A stretch of 64,000 nucleotides of DNA from a virus (IMGVR_UViG_3300025429_000009:28999-92998), one strand, 5' to 3'; positions 10,701 to 18,797 are shown, numbered from the stretch's first letter. Program-made: numbers and translations. Notes: a model not told the origin generated them from the sequence alone.

Positions 10701-10904
10701 GTAAGTGTTGTGCCAAACTACAAGCAGAACCCTTACTATGCCAACCTTGATATAGACTACCAAGGCAGTAGCAAAACAAACGAGAACGATTCACGTCAAA
10801 ACATTGAGCTCAAGCCGTTCTTTCAGCTCAATCAAAACATTTACCCAACAGCGTTCTCAATCAAGAATGTAGCCGGTACTGTCATCTCCTACCAGGCGGA
10901 TTGA
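7764..10904 (+). CDS. Large baseplate/tail structural protein
   Basis: 1046 aa, beta-rich and S/T/G/N-rich; last gene of the translationally coupled baseplate operon. Confidence 0.65.
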   Translation: MPILPNTSNPLKQYVTAGSPPPLTVDGLVYSSIYANTGVVDSLTNTNTTGYTDPNFNTLSQSNASTTFDKYQTGQWFSSTDFGGPNSAPIVITYSLVNTTYYNLISFAALNVPCFIELLDQNLNALPGSSTFIVPGGSDIFTTTDWLNLQYSAPSTLTGVTSINLRITRNKTVQVNNPIYGLADVAYSVGLKGFRIKLNVQSITDIPSAVVSGTTSIVTQNKWGLVESYSYQKNAVSNIFSNNSSYWKSGPQPVADAVVFFYAQVSDPNTTAINRLYIDPIYSGCKFNIYYTTASTSGNTIDPGNFTWTPINRDFTLRKGIYDIPTINCTYLKFEFTQLIPEVYDLPFDSIQRTINVFPLDVENFYQSLENSIIDANSVKYSTLTSKMANQTGNNGLNISTRFGVSSSTMANKNTWPSIGALNQSQLGAAVTQGLNSSSQIIDPSKSYKLLDQNGNYNGSTYTQFLQRRFPYAEQHSYNQININQTWHQAYFTGIRYLTFFFENTYDDLRGTPYNLFAKNGTNSGFSTQDVNYVGLNLDDTATTPWFSTIDSFKSFNIGGLTTDWRSFLTQGNPISLDNTLMNNLNSAQLASMQIYSTLTKYGSLGKSTVYTVSGISGTQYGLKSAPYQYGNNIMNYYDANFIPVSGSLNWKPVGSTNVTSTAVAWVSGTASGTVSGITVSGGSNAATYNFTIPTVYTPSGSTAWTVQLGSQAYGTVGYASYAPGSGVNYYFLATLQSSGITNVSMYTQFINATTSGVIPGTTVSGGLVQLNNTVSGLVTITGTNYTVSGLPSNTIQVVLSGSANNVPYQVYEAGVFQSPTSTWVTPSDRTKMRVSGAVRVFLPGTNKGTYRASLYGVDTYGNTTEIAYKTYGSFNMPLNTWFDIELQSYTTYDYVSFYTQLIQTNTSVQEIIYVSMIAPFYHPVRYEFATTSGGTGGWYPIVEGVNNPNYFISTTSGLTASGIQIRMTALDPNVFISGVSVVPNYKQNPYYANLDIDYQGSSKTNENDSRQNIELKPFFQLNQNIYPTAFSIKNVAGTVISYQAD

Positions 10905-10929
10905 CCCCTACGCATTAATATGCTAGTGT
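10901..10929 (+). promoter_or_regulatory. Sigma70/SigA-type promoter upstream of SNF2 helicase
   Basis: TTGACC-17 nt-TAGTGT with TGn extension, 6 nt before ATG 10936 (possibly leaderless transcript). Confidence 0.5.
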
Positions 10930-10935
10930 GTATGT

Positions 10936-12789
10936 ATGGCTATGGACAACGGTGTATACGTACAGAAGAGCGAGCTTTTAAACGGCGTGCTCCGTTACAG
11001 TTCGCTTGACGGAAGCATTAGCAGGTCAAACCTACTCGACGCTTATGGTACTTTGCGCAATCGCGACAGAATACATGAGTTTCAGCGGTATGTAAAAGAC
11101 TGTGATTACCAATTTGTCTTTGAAGATGAAGAGGCAGAGCGCCTGCACAACGAACTGCTTCAATGCAGCGCAGAACCCTACGAGGTAAATAGCCCCTTCT
11201 TGACTGATCACCAGCTCTTTCCCTTCCAGCACGTTGGATTGAACTACGTGTGGAAACAGATGCACTCAGACAACCCAAGAGTGTTGGTACAGTGGGACAC
11301 CGGAGCTGGCAAGACGCTGCTTAGCTGCATGACTAGCCAGAAGCTCTTTGACAATGGCGACATCGACATCGTTCTGGTGTTCTGTAAAAAGATCAAACAA
11401 TACGACTGGGAACAAGAGTTCCGTAGGATGACCTACCTTGATGTAGATCGTGTCAAAGAGAACATGACACGTGCCAAGCGTCACGCATTCTACAAGCAGA
11501 CCAAGGCTCAAGTCCTGGTCATGAACTATGAGAAGGTACGTGATGGCAACAAAGTACCGAGAAAAAAACAACGTTCCTATGACCGCACTGATCTTCTCCA
11601 AGTGCTAGAATTGGTTAAAAACAAAAAAGTACTAATCATCATCGATGAAGCACAGAAGATCAACAGCGGTGTAAGCCTTCTTGGTGAAGGTTTCTTTCAG
11701 CTAATAAACAATCCAGATTCACAGACAAAAGCATTAGCATTAACCGCTACTCCATATACAACTAGCCCAATCAATATCCGTAACATCTTCTCAGTTATAG
11801 AACCAGAATTACCTGGTGTAAGCGACATGGATAGAGACATGTTCAAGAGAATGTACGGCAAAGAGTTCGGTTATTACAACGCTGGTTATTCACAAGAGCT
11901 TTATGTAAAAGAGTGGGATAGGGGTAAACTTCCACTGCTTGGCAAAAAACATGAGAACTGGACTCATATTGCTATGAAGAGTGACCCAATCATCGCTGCT
12001 CAGTTCCCAGAGAGTATGCCAAAAAAAATTGTGTTTGAGCTTTCTGACATTGACCGTGCTATTTACGATTGGGCAGAAGAGCAAGCTCAAATGAACTACA
12101 ACCCAGACAACCAAGTGCTCAACTGGTCATATATTGACACGTTACGAATGCTGTGTAACACCTCTGAGGGGCTAAAGAACAGTGAAAGTAAGTTCGCACG
12201 TGAGATTGTTGATCAATTTGGCGATGATATCAGCATCAAAAACAGTGCCAAGTACCAGCTAATTGAGAGCAACCTCGAGGTGTACGCCGAAAGCGGCGAT
12301 AAGGTTGTTCTGTTCACGTACTGGACCAATGGCACGCTGTTCCCATACTACGAAGCGTTGAAGGAAAAGTTTGGTGCTGACTTCCCCGTGCTCCCCATCT
12401 GGGGAGTTGGTATGGATAGTGATACAGTTACAAAGAACATCAGCACGTTCAACTCGACTAAGAGCCCTGCTATCCTTATCACATCAGACGTGGGTCAAGA
12501 GGGCCTAAACCTCTATGCACCCTACCTTTGGAACATTGAAGTACCTAGGACATATGCTGCATACAAGCAGCGTGCTAACCGCATCAACCGAGCAGACTCA
12601 AAATCAAAGGGTATCTCACACACCTGGATCTACAGAACTGTTGCGAGCAACACCATCGAAGAGCGAGTTGATGCTAAGGTGCTTAGAAGACGAGACGAAG
12701 CGGAAGCAATCCGTGGAGTAGTTGACGAGCACGTAGACATGTATGATACGATCGATATGACCCCACGAGGGTTCCTATTCTATAAGTAA
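10936..12789 (+). CDS. SNF2-family (SF2) helicase
   Basis: LFPFQ Q-motif, WDTGAGKT, IIDEAQ, LTATP, GQEGLNL, QRANRINR. Confidence 0.92.
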   Translation: MAMDNGVYVQKSELLNGVLRYSSLDGSISRSNLLDAYGTLRNRDRIHEFQRYVKDCDYQFVFEDEEAERLHNELLQCSAEPYEVNSPFLTDHQLFPFQHVGLNYVWKQMHSDNPRVLVQWDTGAGKTLLSCMTSQKLFDNGDIDIVLVFCKKIKQYDWEQEFRRMTYLDVDRVKENMTRAKRHAFYKQTKAQVLVMNYEKVRDGNKVPRKKQRSYDRTDLLQVLELVKNKKVLIIIDEAQKINSGVSLLGEGFFQLINNPDSQTKALALTATPYTTSPINIRNIFSVIEPELPGVSDMDRDMFKRMYGKEFGYYNAGYSQELYVKEWDRGKLPLLGKKHENWTHIAMKSDPIIAAQFPESMPKKIVFELSDIDRAIYDWAEEQAQMNYNPDNQVLNWSYIDTLRMLCNTSEGLKNSESKFAREIVDQFGDDISIKNSAKYQLIESNLEVYAESGDKVVLFTYWTNGTLFPYYEALKEKFGADFPVLPIWGVGMDSDTVTKNISTFNSTKSPAILITSDVGQEGLNLYAPYLWNIEVPRTYAAYKQRANRINRADSKSKGISHTWIYRTVASNTIEERVDAKVLRRRDEAEAIRGVVDEHVDMYDTIDMTPRGFLFYK

Positions 12790-12845
12790 AGGAGGTATCT
12801 ATGGACCCAACCAAAGCGCATTTATAACCTTAGGATTGGAGAATC

Positions 12846-13172
12846 ATGATAAAGAAAGCGATAACATCGTTAGTAGTATTTGCAAGTTTGTTTTTAACTG
12901 CCCACACAGCCTCAGCTACCACTAAGATTGTTCTTAGTGCAGCTACAATTGCCGAATGGCAGCGAGTAGCTATTTGCGAAGAGGGTGGGAATTGGAAGCA
13001 TTTTAGTTATTGGTACCCAAATGCTCTGGGGATTGATAGACCAAACTGGATTCAGTTCGGGGGTAGCGTTACGAAAGTTAGCAGCAAGATTACACAAATT
13101 CTTGTAGCTGAACGGTTCATAAAGCACTATGCTATGAGCGTACCGGATCAATACGGTTGCCACGCATGGTAG
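12846..13172 (+). CDS. Secreted resuscitation-promoting-factor (Rpf)-like lytic transglycosylase
   Basis: Signal peptide (MIKKAITSLVVFASLFLTAHTASA); WQRVAICEEGGNW matches Rpf W..lAqCEsGGNW; W..FGG and Q...AER motifs. Confidence 0.8.
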   Translation: MIKKAITSLVVFASLFLTAHTASATTKIVLSAATIAEWQRVAICEEGGNWKHFSYWYPNALGIDRPNWIQFGGSVTKVSSKITQILVAERFIKHYAMSVPDQYGCHAW

Positions 13173-13185
13173 AAAGAAGATAAAA

Positions 13186-13401
13186 ATGGCTATTAATAAG
13201 TACGACCAGATCCACAGAGATATTATGGACCTGCTCCTAGGCGGAGAGATCCACAGTACACTGGTCGGCAAGCAAGTTACACTCGGCGGCTCTGAGGAAA
13301 GCACTACAAAGCAATCTGAAGAATTTGCAGAATACATTGTAAACCTGCTAAAAAAAGCAGAACAGTTTCGAAAGGACAATGTAAAAAAGAGCAGAAAGTA
13401 G
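13186..13401 (+). CDS. Hypothetical protein
   Basis: 71 aa ORF with purine-rich RBS, in operon order. Confidence 0.6.
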   Translation: MAINKYDQIHRDIMDLLLGGEIHSTLVGKQVTLGGSEESTTKQSEEFAEYIVNLLKKAEQFRKDNVKKSRK

Positions 13402-13530
13402 CTTTAGACAGTGAAGAGGGCTGAACTCTATCGCCCCTTCCTGTAGGGCCTGGTCTTCCTCGGGGGTCGTAGTCGGCGTCAATGCCTTGACTCCCCCCGA
13501 GGCCCTACCAGATCTGCTAACATAAATATT

Positions 13531-13929
13531 ATGGGAAGATCCTTAAATCTACAATGGCAAGATGAAGCTGCATGCAAAAGCATGTCCATCGAAAACTACG
13601 ATGACTTTTATCCAGATAGGGGTAGGTCAGCAGAGAAGCAGCTCAATGGCATATGCAGCTCATGCCCAGTAAAAGATGATTGCTTAAACCACGCATTGAG
13701 CTATGAAAAATATGGCTATTGGGGTGGCACCAACGCTAAGCAACGTGATAAGATGCGCAAACAACTAGGCATAGAGTTGCTTGATATTGATTACGAATTC
13801 ATCATGAAATACGCTGAAGAAAAAGCTAGAATTGAAGAAGCTATTCAGGCTAACAAAATGAAGCGTGGCCCTAAGGGTCCTAGAAAGAAGAAGGAAGTAT
13901 GCGAATCGGACTTGTTGTCCCAGTTTTAA
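13531..13929 (+). CDS. whiB: WhiB-family transcription factor
   Basis: WQDEAAC...FYP...ICSSCPVKDDCL..AL...YGYWGG: four Cys plus G[IVY]WGG. Confidence 0.93.
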   Translation: MGRSLNLQWQDEAACKSMSIENYDDFYPDRGRSAEKQLNGICSSCPVKDDCLNHALSYEKYGYWGGTNAKQRDKMRKQLGIELLDIDYEFIMKYAEEKARIEEAIQANKMKRGPKGPRKKKEVCESDLLSQF

Positions 13930-14588
13930 ATAACTTTGATCAAGCTATCGACTTGATCTACTCAGCCAAGAGCAAGAATGATCTTAAGATCTACATCCGC
14001 CCTCAGTATCGCTACCAGGTTCCATTGGCAGCAGCTTGGAACAAGGGCATACGTGAAGCTATTGCGGATGGATGTGATGTAATCATTGTAAGCAATGATG
14101 ATGCTATCTTTGCGCCTAACACCATTGATCGGTTGGCTGCAGAAACAATGGTTATGCAAGACAAGTTTGTTATGGCATTCCCAGTTGATGTTATGGATGA
14201 ATTAGATGATCCATCAGACATCCTATTCGTAGAAGAAGAAAATTTTTCTGGAAGCAGCAACAAAGAGGACCAGAGCTTCTCTTGCTTTGCTATTCGGTCA
14301 AACTTCTTTGAATTGTGCGGTACGTTCGATGAGAACTTTGACCCTGCATGGTGGGAAGATGCTGACATGAAGTATCGCATCAAGCTACTAGGCTACACGA
14401 CTCTTCAGACAAATGTGCCTTATGTACATCTCCGCCACCAGTCAACAAAGAAATTAACTTTGCCTTTGAACTCTATCAAAGCTGGAGAATATTACGTAAG
14501 AAAATGGGGAAGTGCTAAGAAAGACTTGCACGAACTATATAGAACCCCATATAATGATATTGAATTAAGTCCTAAAGACTGGAGATAG
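13899..14588 (+). CDS. Glycosyltransferase, GT2 family
   Basis: LVVPVLN, AAAWNKGI, SNDD, GTFDENF..AWWEDAD, YVHL. Confidence 0.88.
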   Translation: MRIGLVVPVLNNFDQAIDLIYSAKSKNDLKIYIRPQYRYQVPLAAAWNKGIREAIADGCDVIIVSNDDAIFAPNTIDRLAAETMVMQDKFVMAFPVDVMDELDDPSDILFVEEENFSGSSNKEDQSFSCFAIRSNFFELCGTFDENFDPAWWEDADMKYRIKLLGYTTLQTNVPYVHLRHQSTKKLTLPLNSIKAGEYYVRKWGSAKKDLHELYRTPYNDIELSPKDWR

Positions 14589-14590
14589 TT

Positions 14591-15859
14591 GTGAGCAAAA
14601 TTAGAGTACTGGCATGGGGTGACTACGCATGTGGCACCGGTTTCGGAACGGTGATGAAGAACATCATGTCCGAGATTAATAACACTGGTAGCTATGACAT
14701 CGATGTTGTTGGTGTTAACTATGATGGTGGTCCTTATGACACTGAAAAGTGGCCAGGTAGACTGTGGCCAGCTATTAGTGCATTGCGCACACAAGGACCA
14801 TACGGGGACGTATTCGGTCGACAGGTGTTCTTGGACCTGCTTGCACAGGGTGACTATGACATCGTCTTTATTGTGCAAGACACGTTCATTGTTTTGCCTA
14901 TTGTTCCTCAGATTCTTGAGCTGCAACGCAACAAGCCAAACACGTTCTCTACAATTTACTACTACCCATTTGACTGCACACCACGTGAAGAGTGGGTAAC
15001 ACAGTGTGTAGCAGCGTTCGACTATCCGGTTGCATACACTGAGTACGCAAAAAACGAAAGCCGTAGATTCATTGGCAACCTTGCTGACAAGCAACATGTA
15101 ATCTACCACGGTACAAACACCAGCGACTTCTACCCAATCAGCAAGGCTGACCAGAAGATTGCTAAGGCAAACATTTTCCCTGCAGTTCAAGATAAGTTTG
15201 TTATCCTTAACGTGAACCGCAACCAGGGACGTAAGGATATCTCGCGCAGCCTTATGGTTATGCGTCGTTTGCTTGACATGGGTGTGGAAGATGCGTTCCT
15301 CTACATGCACATGCAGGAGACAGACTTTGGTGGTAGCGTTATCCAGATGGCTAGAACGATTGGCCTTGACCCTGCTAAGCACTATGCTGTGCCAGACCCA
15401 CGTCAGTTTGGTGCACACAGTGGTTTCCCAATCGAGTTCCTTAACCAGATCTACAATGCAGCAGACGTTTACCTGACCACAACGCATGGTGAGGGTTGGG
15501 GTCTGAGCATTACCGAAGCAATGGCTACCAAGCTGCCTGTCGTTGCTCCCAACAACACATCAGTGCCTGAGATCCTGGGTGATGACCGTGGTTGGAGAAT
15601 TAACAGTGGACACACGCCTAGTCATTGGATCATCAAGGAAAATGACAACGAGCGTATGCGTCCGTTGATGGATGTTGAAGAGGCTGCTAACACTATCAAG
15701 TACATCATGGACAACCCTGACGAAGCTGCTCGTCGTGCTGGCAATGCTTACGATTGGATTCAGAAGAATACTTGGGAAGAAATCTGCAAGCAGTGGATCA
15801 ATGTCTTCAACAAGGCAACCAACAAGGCTCGTACGGCTCGCAAGTTTAAGGCACTGTAA
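14591..15859 (+). CDS. Glycosyltransferase, GT4 (GT-B) family
   Basis: TGFG, IYHG, NRNQGRKD, YNAADVY..TTHGEGWGL...EAMAT..PVV. Confidence 0.92.
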   Translation: MSKIRVLAWGDYACGTGFGTVMKNIMSEINNTGSYDIDVVGVNYDGGPYDTEKWPGRLWPAISALRTQGPYGDVFGRQVFLDLLAQGDYDIVFIVQDTFIVLPIVPQILELQRNKPNTFSTIYYYPFDCTPREEWVTQCVAAFDYPVAYTEYAKNESRRFIGNLADKQHVIYHGTNTSDFYPISKADQKIAKANIFPAVQDKFVILNVNRNQGRKDISRSLMVMRRLLDMGVEDAFLYMHMQETDFGGSVIQMARTIGLDPAKHYAVPDPRQFGAHSGFPIEFLNQIYNAADVYLTTTHGEGWGLSITEAMATKLPVVAPNNTSVPEILGDDRGWRINSGHTPSHWIIKENDNERMRPLMDVEEAANTIKYIMDNPDEAARRAGNAYDWIQKNTWEEICKQWINVFNKATNKARTARKFKAL

Positions 15860-16644
15860 TGCCAAAGATAATTAGCATTACTCCGTTCTGGAACGAGGTG
15901 CACATTCTTGATCTTAGGATTGGCATCCTGGAAGGTGTTGTTGACCACTTCTACACGATAGAAGCTGACAAGACATTTACCTTCCATGATAAGCCGATGC
16001 TTGCCAGAACAGTTGTACACCCCAAGCACACAGTGGTAGAGATCAAGATGCCAGAAGATGTTAGTTTCTGGGGCCGTGACTCAAATTGGGGTCGTGACTA
16101 CTACCAACGTGACTACAAGGTTGACTTGTCATCATATGATGATGATGACATCGTATTGATTACTGACCTTGATGAGGTGCCACGACCAGAGTCTCTCGAG
16201 TTCCTGCGAGACAACTTTGATCCAGAATTTTCTTATGCATTCCTTATGCTCACTCATCAGTACTACCTGAACAACCAGAACATTGGTGAAGGTTACATTG
16301 ACAGAGCTAGAGCATACAGCGTTAAGCAGTATATGGATCCTGAGTTCCACCCATCGTATTCACGTTTTCACACTATTGCTGATATAATTATTCCAGAATC
16401 AGGATGGCACTGGACATACATTGGTGACCCGGAGTGTATTAAGGAAAAAATTGAAGCGTTTGCCCACAGTGAGTTCGACAACGATGAGACGAAGAGTCAG
16501 CTCCAAGAACGTATGGATAATAATCTTGACACGCTTGGTCGATCGTTTGAATTAAGAGTTGCCGAACTTGACACGGATTTCTACCCAAAGTATCTTAGAG
16601 AGAACAAAGATAAGTACGCTAAGTACATTAAGGAGTTACCATGA
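15859..16644 (+). CDS. Glycosyltransferase family 17 (GnT-III/MGAT3-like)
   Basis: FWNE..ILDLR, F..IEA.KTF, R.YYQRD, DDIVLITDLDEVP, GWHWTY, KIEAFAHSE. Confidence 0.85.
   Translation: MPKIISITPFWNEVHILDLRIGILEGVVDHFYTIEADKTFTFHDKPMLARTVVHPKHTVVEIKMPEDVSFWGRDSNWGRDYYQRDYKVDLSSYDDDDIVLITDLDEVPRPESLEFLRDNFDPEFSYAFLMLTHQYYLNNQNIGEGYIDRARAYSVKQYMDPEFHPSYSRFHTIADIIIPESGWHWTYIGDPECIKEKIEAFAHSEFDNDETKSQLQERMDNNLDTLGRSFELRVAELDTDFYPKYLRENKDKYAKYIKELP
16568..16596 (+). promoter_or_regulatory. Putative promoter driving the tRNA/small-gene block
   Basis: TTGACA-17 nt-TATCTT inside the 3' end of the GT17 gene. Confidence 0.45.
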
Positions 16645-16823
16645 CATTTGAAGAGTGGCTTGAGTATGGATTTAAGCAGGGCTATTGCAGCGAACAATTC
16701 TGCGACACCCACGACGGTCCACCCATGCATGAGAGCGAAGAACTAGCGTGGGAAGAAGGCAGTGATCCTTGCATGCATATGGTGCGTTTAGGGCAACCAT
16801 CTGATTGGGATATCGGAGAATAG
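16641..16823 (+). CDS. Small Cys/His-containing hypothetical protein
   Basis: AAGGAG RBS; C..FCDTHDG.P...PC.H..RL. Confidence 0.7.
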   Translation: MTFEEWLEYGFKQGYCSEQFCDTHDGPPMHESEELAWEEGSDPCMHMVRLGQPSDWDIGE

Positions 16824-16829
16824 CAGTAC

Positions 16830-16901
16830 GCCTCTGTAGCTCAGCGGAAGAGCAGCTGATTTGTAATCAGCAGGTCGGGAGTTCAAGTCTCTCCGGAGGC
16901 A
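16830..16901 (+). tRNA. tRNA-Thr(UGU)
   Basis: Acceptor GCCTCTG/CGGAGGC, D arm GCTC/GAGC, anticodon stem GCTGA/TCAGC with loop TTTGTAA, T loop GTTCAAG; CCA not encoded. Confidence 0.93.
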
Positions 16902-16903
16902 CT

Positions 16904-17131
16904 ATGAATTTAAAACAAGCAGCAACAATCATGCTAGAGTTGTGTAAGATCCCAGCTGAACCAAAGCTGGTGGCAGCATTCAGCAACTACTCAGCGAATA
17001 GTATGTGGATCAAGTCTGTTCTTAAGGGAGCAGCACCAGCAGCAAACACTCTCAACAACCCGTACTACGAAGAAGCATTGAACGTGTTGCGTGAGAATGG
17101 AATTGATGTTAACATCTTTGACACCAACTAA
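16904..17131 (+). CDS. Hypothetical protein
   Basis: ATG directly after tRNA-Thr (MNLKQAA...), 75 aa. Confidence 0.65.
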   Translation: MNLKQAATIMLELCKIPAEPKLVAAFSNYSANSMWIKSVLKGAAPAANTLNNPYYEEALNVLRENGIDVNIFDTN

Positions 17132-17142
17132 AAGGAGTAAGT

Positions 17143-17319
17143 ATGCATCACGAGACCTGGTGGACAATTCTCACTGATCCCAACCACCTCATTGCAGAAG
17201 CAATAGTAGGGTTTGTGGAAGAACTTCTCGTTCTTGGAATCGGCTATGCTCTTGGTCGCAAGAAACTTTGGCAAAAGATTCACAAGCAGTTCGATGAAGA
17301 GCACAACATCGAGCACTAG
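17143..17319 (+). CDS. Small membrane protein (58 aa, not in ORF track)
   Basis: AAGGAG RBS; MHHETWWTILTDPNHLIAEAIVGFVEELLVLGIGYALGRKKLWQKIHKQFDEEHNIEH. Confidence 0.7.
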   Translation: MHHETWWTILTDPNHLIAEAIVGFVEELLVLGIGYALGRKKLWQKIHKQFDEEHNIEH

Positions 17320-17324
17320 GATTG

Positions 17325-17397
17325 GCCCCAGTAGCTCAGTGGACAGAGCAGGTGGTTTCTACCCATCTGGCCGGGGGTTCGAATCCCTCCTGGGGTA
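17325..17397 (+). tRNA. tRNA-Arg(UCU)
   Basis: Acceptor GCCCCAG/CTGGGGT, anticodon stem GGTGG/CCATC with loop TTTCTAC, T loop GTTCGAA; CCA not encoded. Confidence 0.9.
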
Positions 17398-17421
17398 CGC
17401 AGTTAACAAGTAAGGAGAAAT

Positions 17422-17823
17422 ATGGGACGTAATAAACTGTACAGTAGCAGTAGCAAATATGACATACCATTTAGAGACAGCACAAGCACAGCTAAGTTAG
17501 GCAAGCAGCTTGTCAAACGCGCTGCATTGTTTACTGCTAGTTATGAAGCTGTAGCTATCAGCAAAGCCATGGAAAAGGTAAGCAAACAAAATAAAATGAC
17601 AGAAGAAAATCAAGAAGCTATAGAAAGAAAAAACTTTGAGTTCCTATTGAAGGAGCAAGGGGTGGTATCTATCAAAGAAACTTTGAACTCTTTGTTGGAG
17701 TTACTAGTCACCAACAGTGTTGCAATTGATGATACACTGATAAACAACGCAACAACAATAATGGGTGCAATGGATTACCTATTACAACTAAAGGAAGAAC
17801 ACGAAAATGGAAATCAAGCTTAG
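17422..17823 (+). CDS. Hypothetical protein
   Basis: TAAGGAG RBS, 133 aa. Confidence 0.7.
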   Translation: MGRNKLYSSSSKYDIPFRDSTSTAKLGKQLVKRAALFTASYEAVAISKAMEKVSKQNKMTEENQEAIERKNFEFLLKEQGVVSIKETLNSLLELLVTNSVAIDDTLINNATTIMGAMDYLLQLKEEHENGNQA

Positions 17824-18115
17824 TGTAAACATTGGGGCAACGCTCCAAGTAAAGAACTCACGAGGTGAGTGGGACTGGATTAAGCCAGAGGTTGGTTGTG
17901 AGATCAAGCTCGTTGACGGTGAAATTAAGGTAGAATCATTGCCTACGCAATTCGCTGTCATGTGGGATGAAGTCGTAGGACCTCAGTTTGCAGCTGTAGT
18001 CCAAGAGCTCATCAATGAACAGGCTCCAAAGCAGGAAGAAGTCGAAGAGGCTACGACCGAAGAGACTCTGGTTGAAGACGAGAAGCCAAACGTAGACGAG
18101 GATGACTATTACTAA
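17807..18115 (+). CDS. Hypothetical protein with acidic tail
   Basis: 102 aa, overlaps upstream gene, acidic C-terminus. Confidence 0.7.
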   Translation: MEIKLSVNIGATLQVKNSRGEWDWIKPEVGCEIKLVDGEIKVESLPTQFAVMWDEVVGPQFAAVVQELINEQAPKQEEVEEATTEETLVEDEKPNVDEDDYY

Positions 18116-18249
18116 TGGGAGACTTTGACGATTTCGACGCTTTCGTAGAGAAGCACAAAATCAAGGACGACGAGATCGGCGCAGCATTCGCAGCCTGGAT
18201 GTCAGGTGCTACTGGTTGGGACGGAAACTTTCAGAAGGTAGAAGAATGA
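18115..18249 (+). CDS. Small hypothetical protein (44 aa)
   Basis: TAATG coupling upstream and ATGA coupling downstream; MGDFDDFDAFVEKHKIKDDEIGAAFAAWMSG... Confidence 0.6.
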   Translation: MGDFDDFDAFVEKHKIKDDEIGAAFAAWMSGATGWDGNFQKVEE

Positions 18250-18797
18250 CAGTCGTCGCTGCAGCTGTTACAAAGAAGCATGGTGTCGCTCTTGTTAGCG
18301 ACTCATCTCTAGAATCTCAAACCAAAGATAATGATGGTTACAGCAAGGTTTGGGTTGACAGCAGCATGAACATGGCTTTTGGTGGTGCTGGTGGTCTGAG
18401 AGAAATCCAGATCATCAAACACCACATGGAGTTGCCATACTATCCACCATATATGGACGTAGAAGTTTTCGTTGTTAAGGAAGTGGTACCACGCATGCGT
18501 GAAGCACTTAACGAACATGGTGCCAAGATGGAAAACTACGAGACTTCGTTCATTATTGCCTGGAAGAACACCCTGGTTACAATTGATGAAAGCTTTGCCG
18601 TGTTTACACCAACCAGTGGCCGGTATGCTATAGGATCAGGACAGAGCGAAGCGTTTGGCAGTCTAGGCAACGAAGGTCCTTGGACCAGAGAAGATGTCAT
18701 AGAAGCTGCGCGACGTGCTACAATAACAGCACTGGGTGTTGGTGGTCCGTTGTGGGCAGTCGACACACGCAACCTAACCCCAGAACAAATACAATAA
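18246..18797 (+). CDS. Ntn-hydrolase, HslV/proteasome beta-subunit-like protease
   Basis: M-T-V-V-A start gives an N-terminal Thr nucleophile; DS, K, GGAG and YAIGSG motifs. Confidence 0.82.
   Translation: MTVVAAAVTKKHGVALVSDSSLESQTKDNDGYSKVWVDSSMNMAFGGAGGLREIQIIKHHMELPYYPPYMDVEVFVVKEVVPRMREALNEHGAKMENYETSFIIAWKNTLVTIDESFAVFTPTSGRYAIGSGQSEAFGSLGNEGPWTREDVIEAARRATITALGVGGPLWAVDTRNLTPEQIQ

Noticed and set aside
14492-15487. 331-aa antisense ORF, plus other long shadow ORFs (32098-32616, 41159-41683, 53651-54229)
   Set aside because: They lie antisense to or out of frame with well-supported genes and have no RBS or recognisable motifs.
16805-16903. N-terminal extension of ORF 16805, and ORF 17213-17413
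   Set aside because: They translate through tRNA genes; the better-supported starts are 16904 and 17143.
17325-17397. Amber suppressor tRNA (CUA) reading of TTTCTAC
   Set aside because: The GGTGG/CCATC stem places TCT at 34-36 with A37, so it is tRNA-Arg. Genes also end normally at TAG, so there is no sign of recoding.
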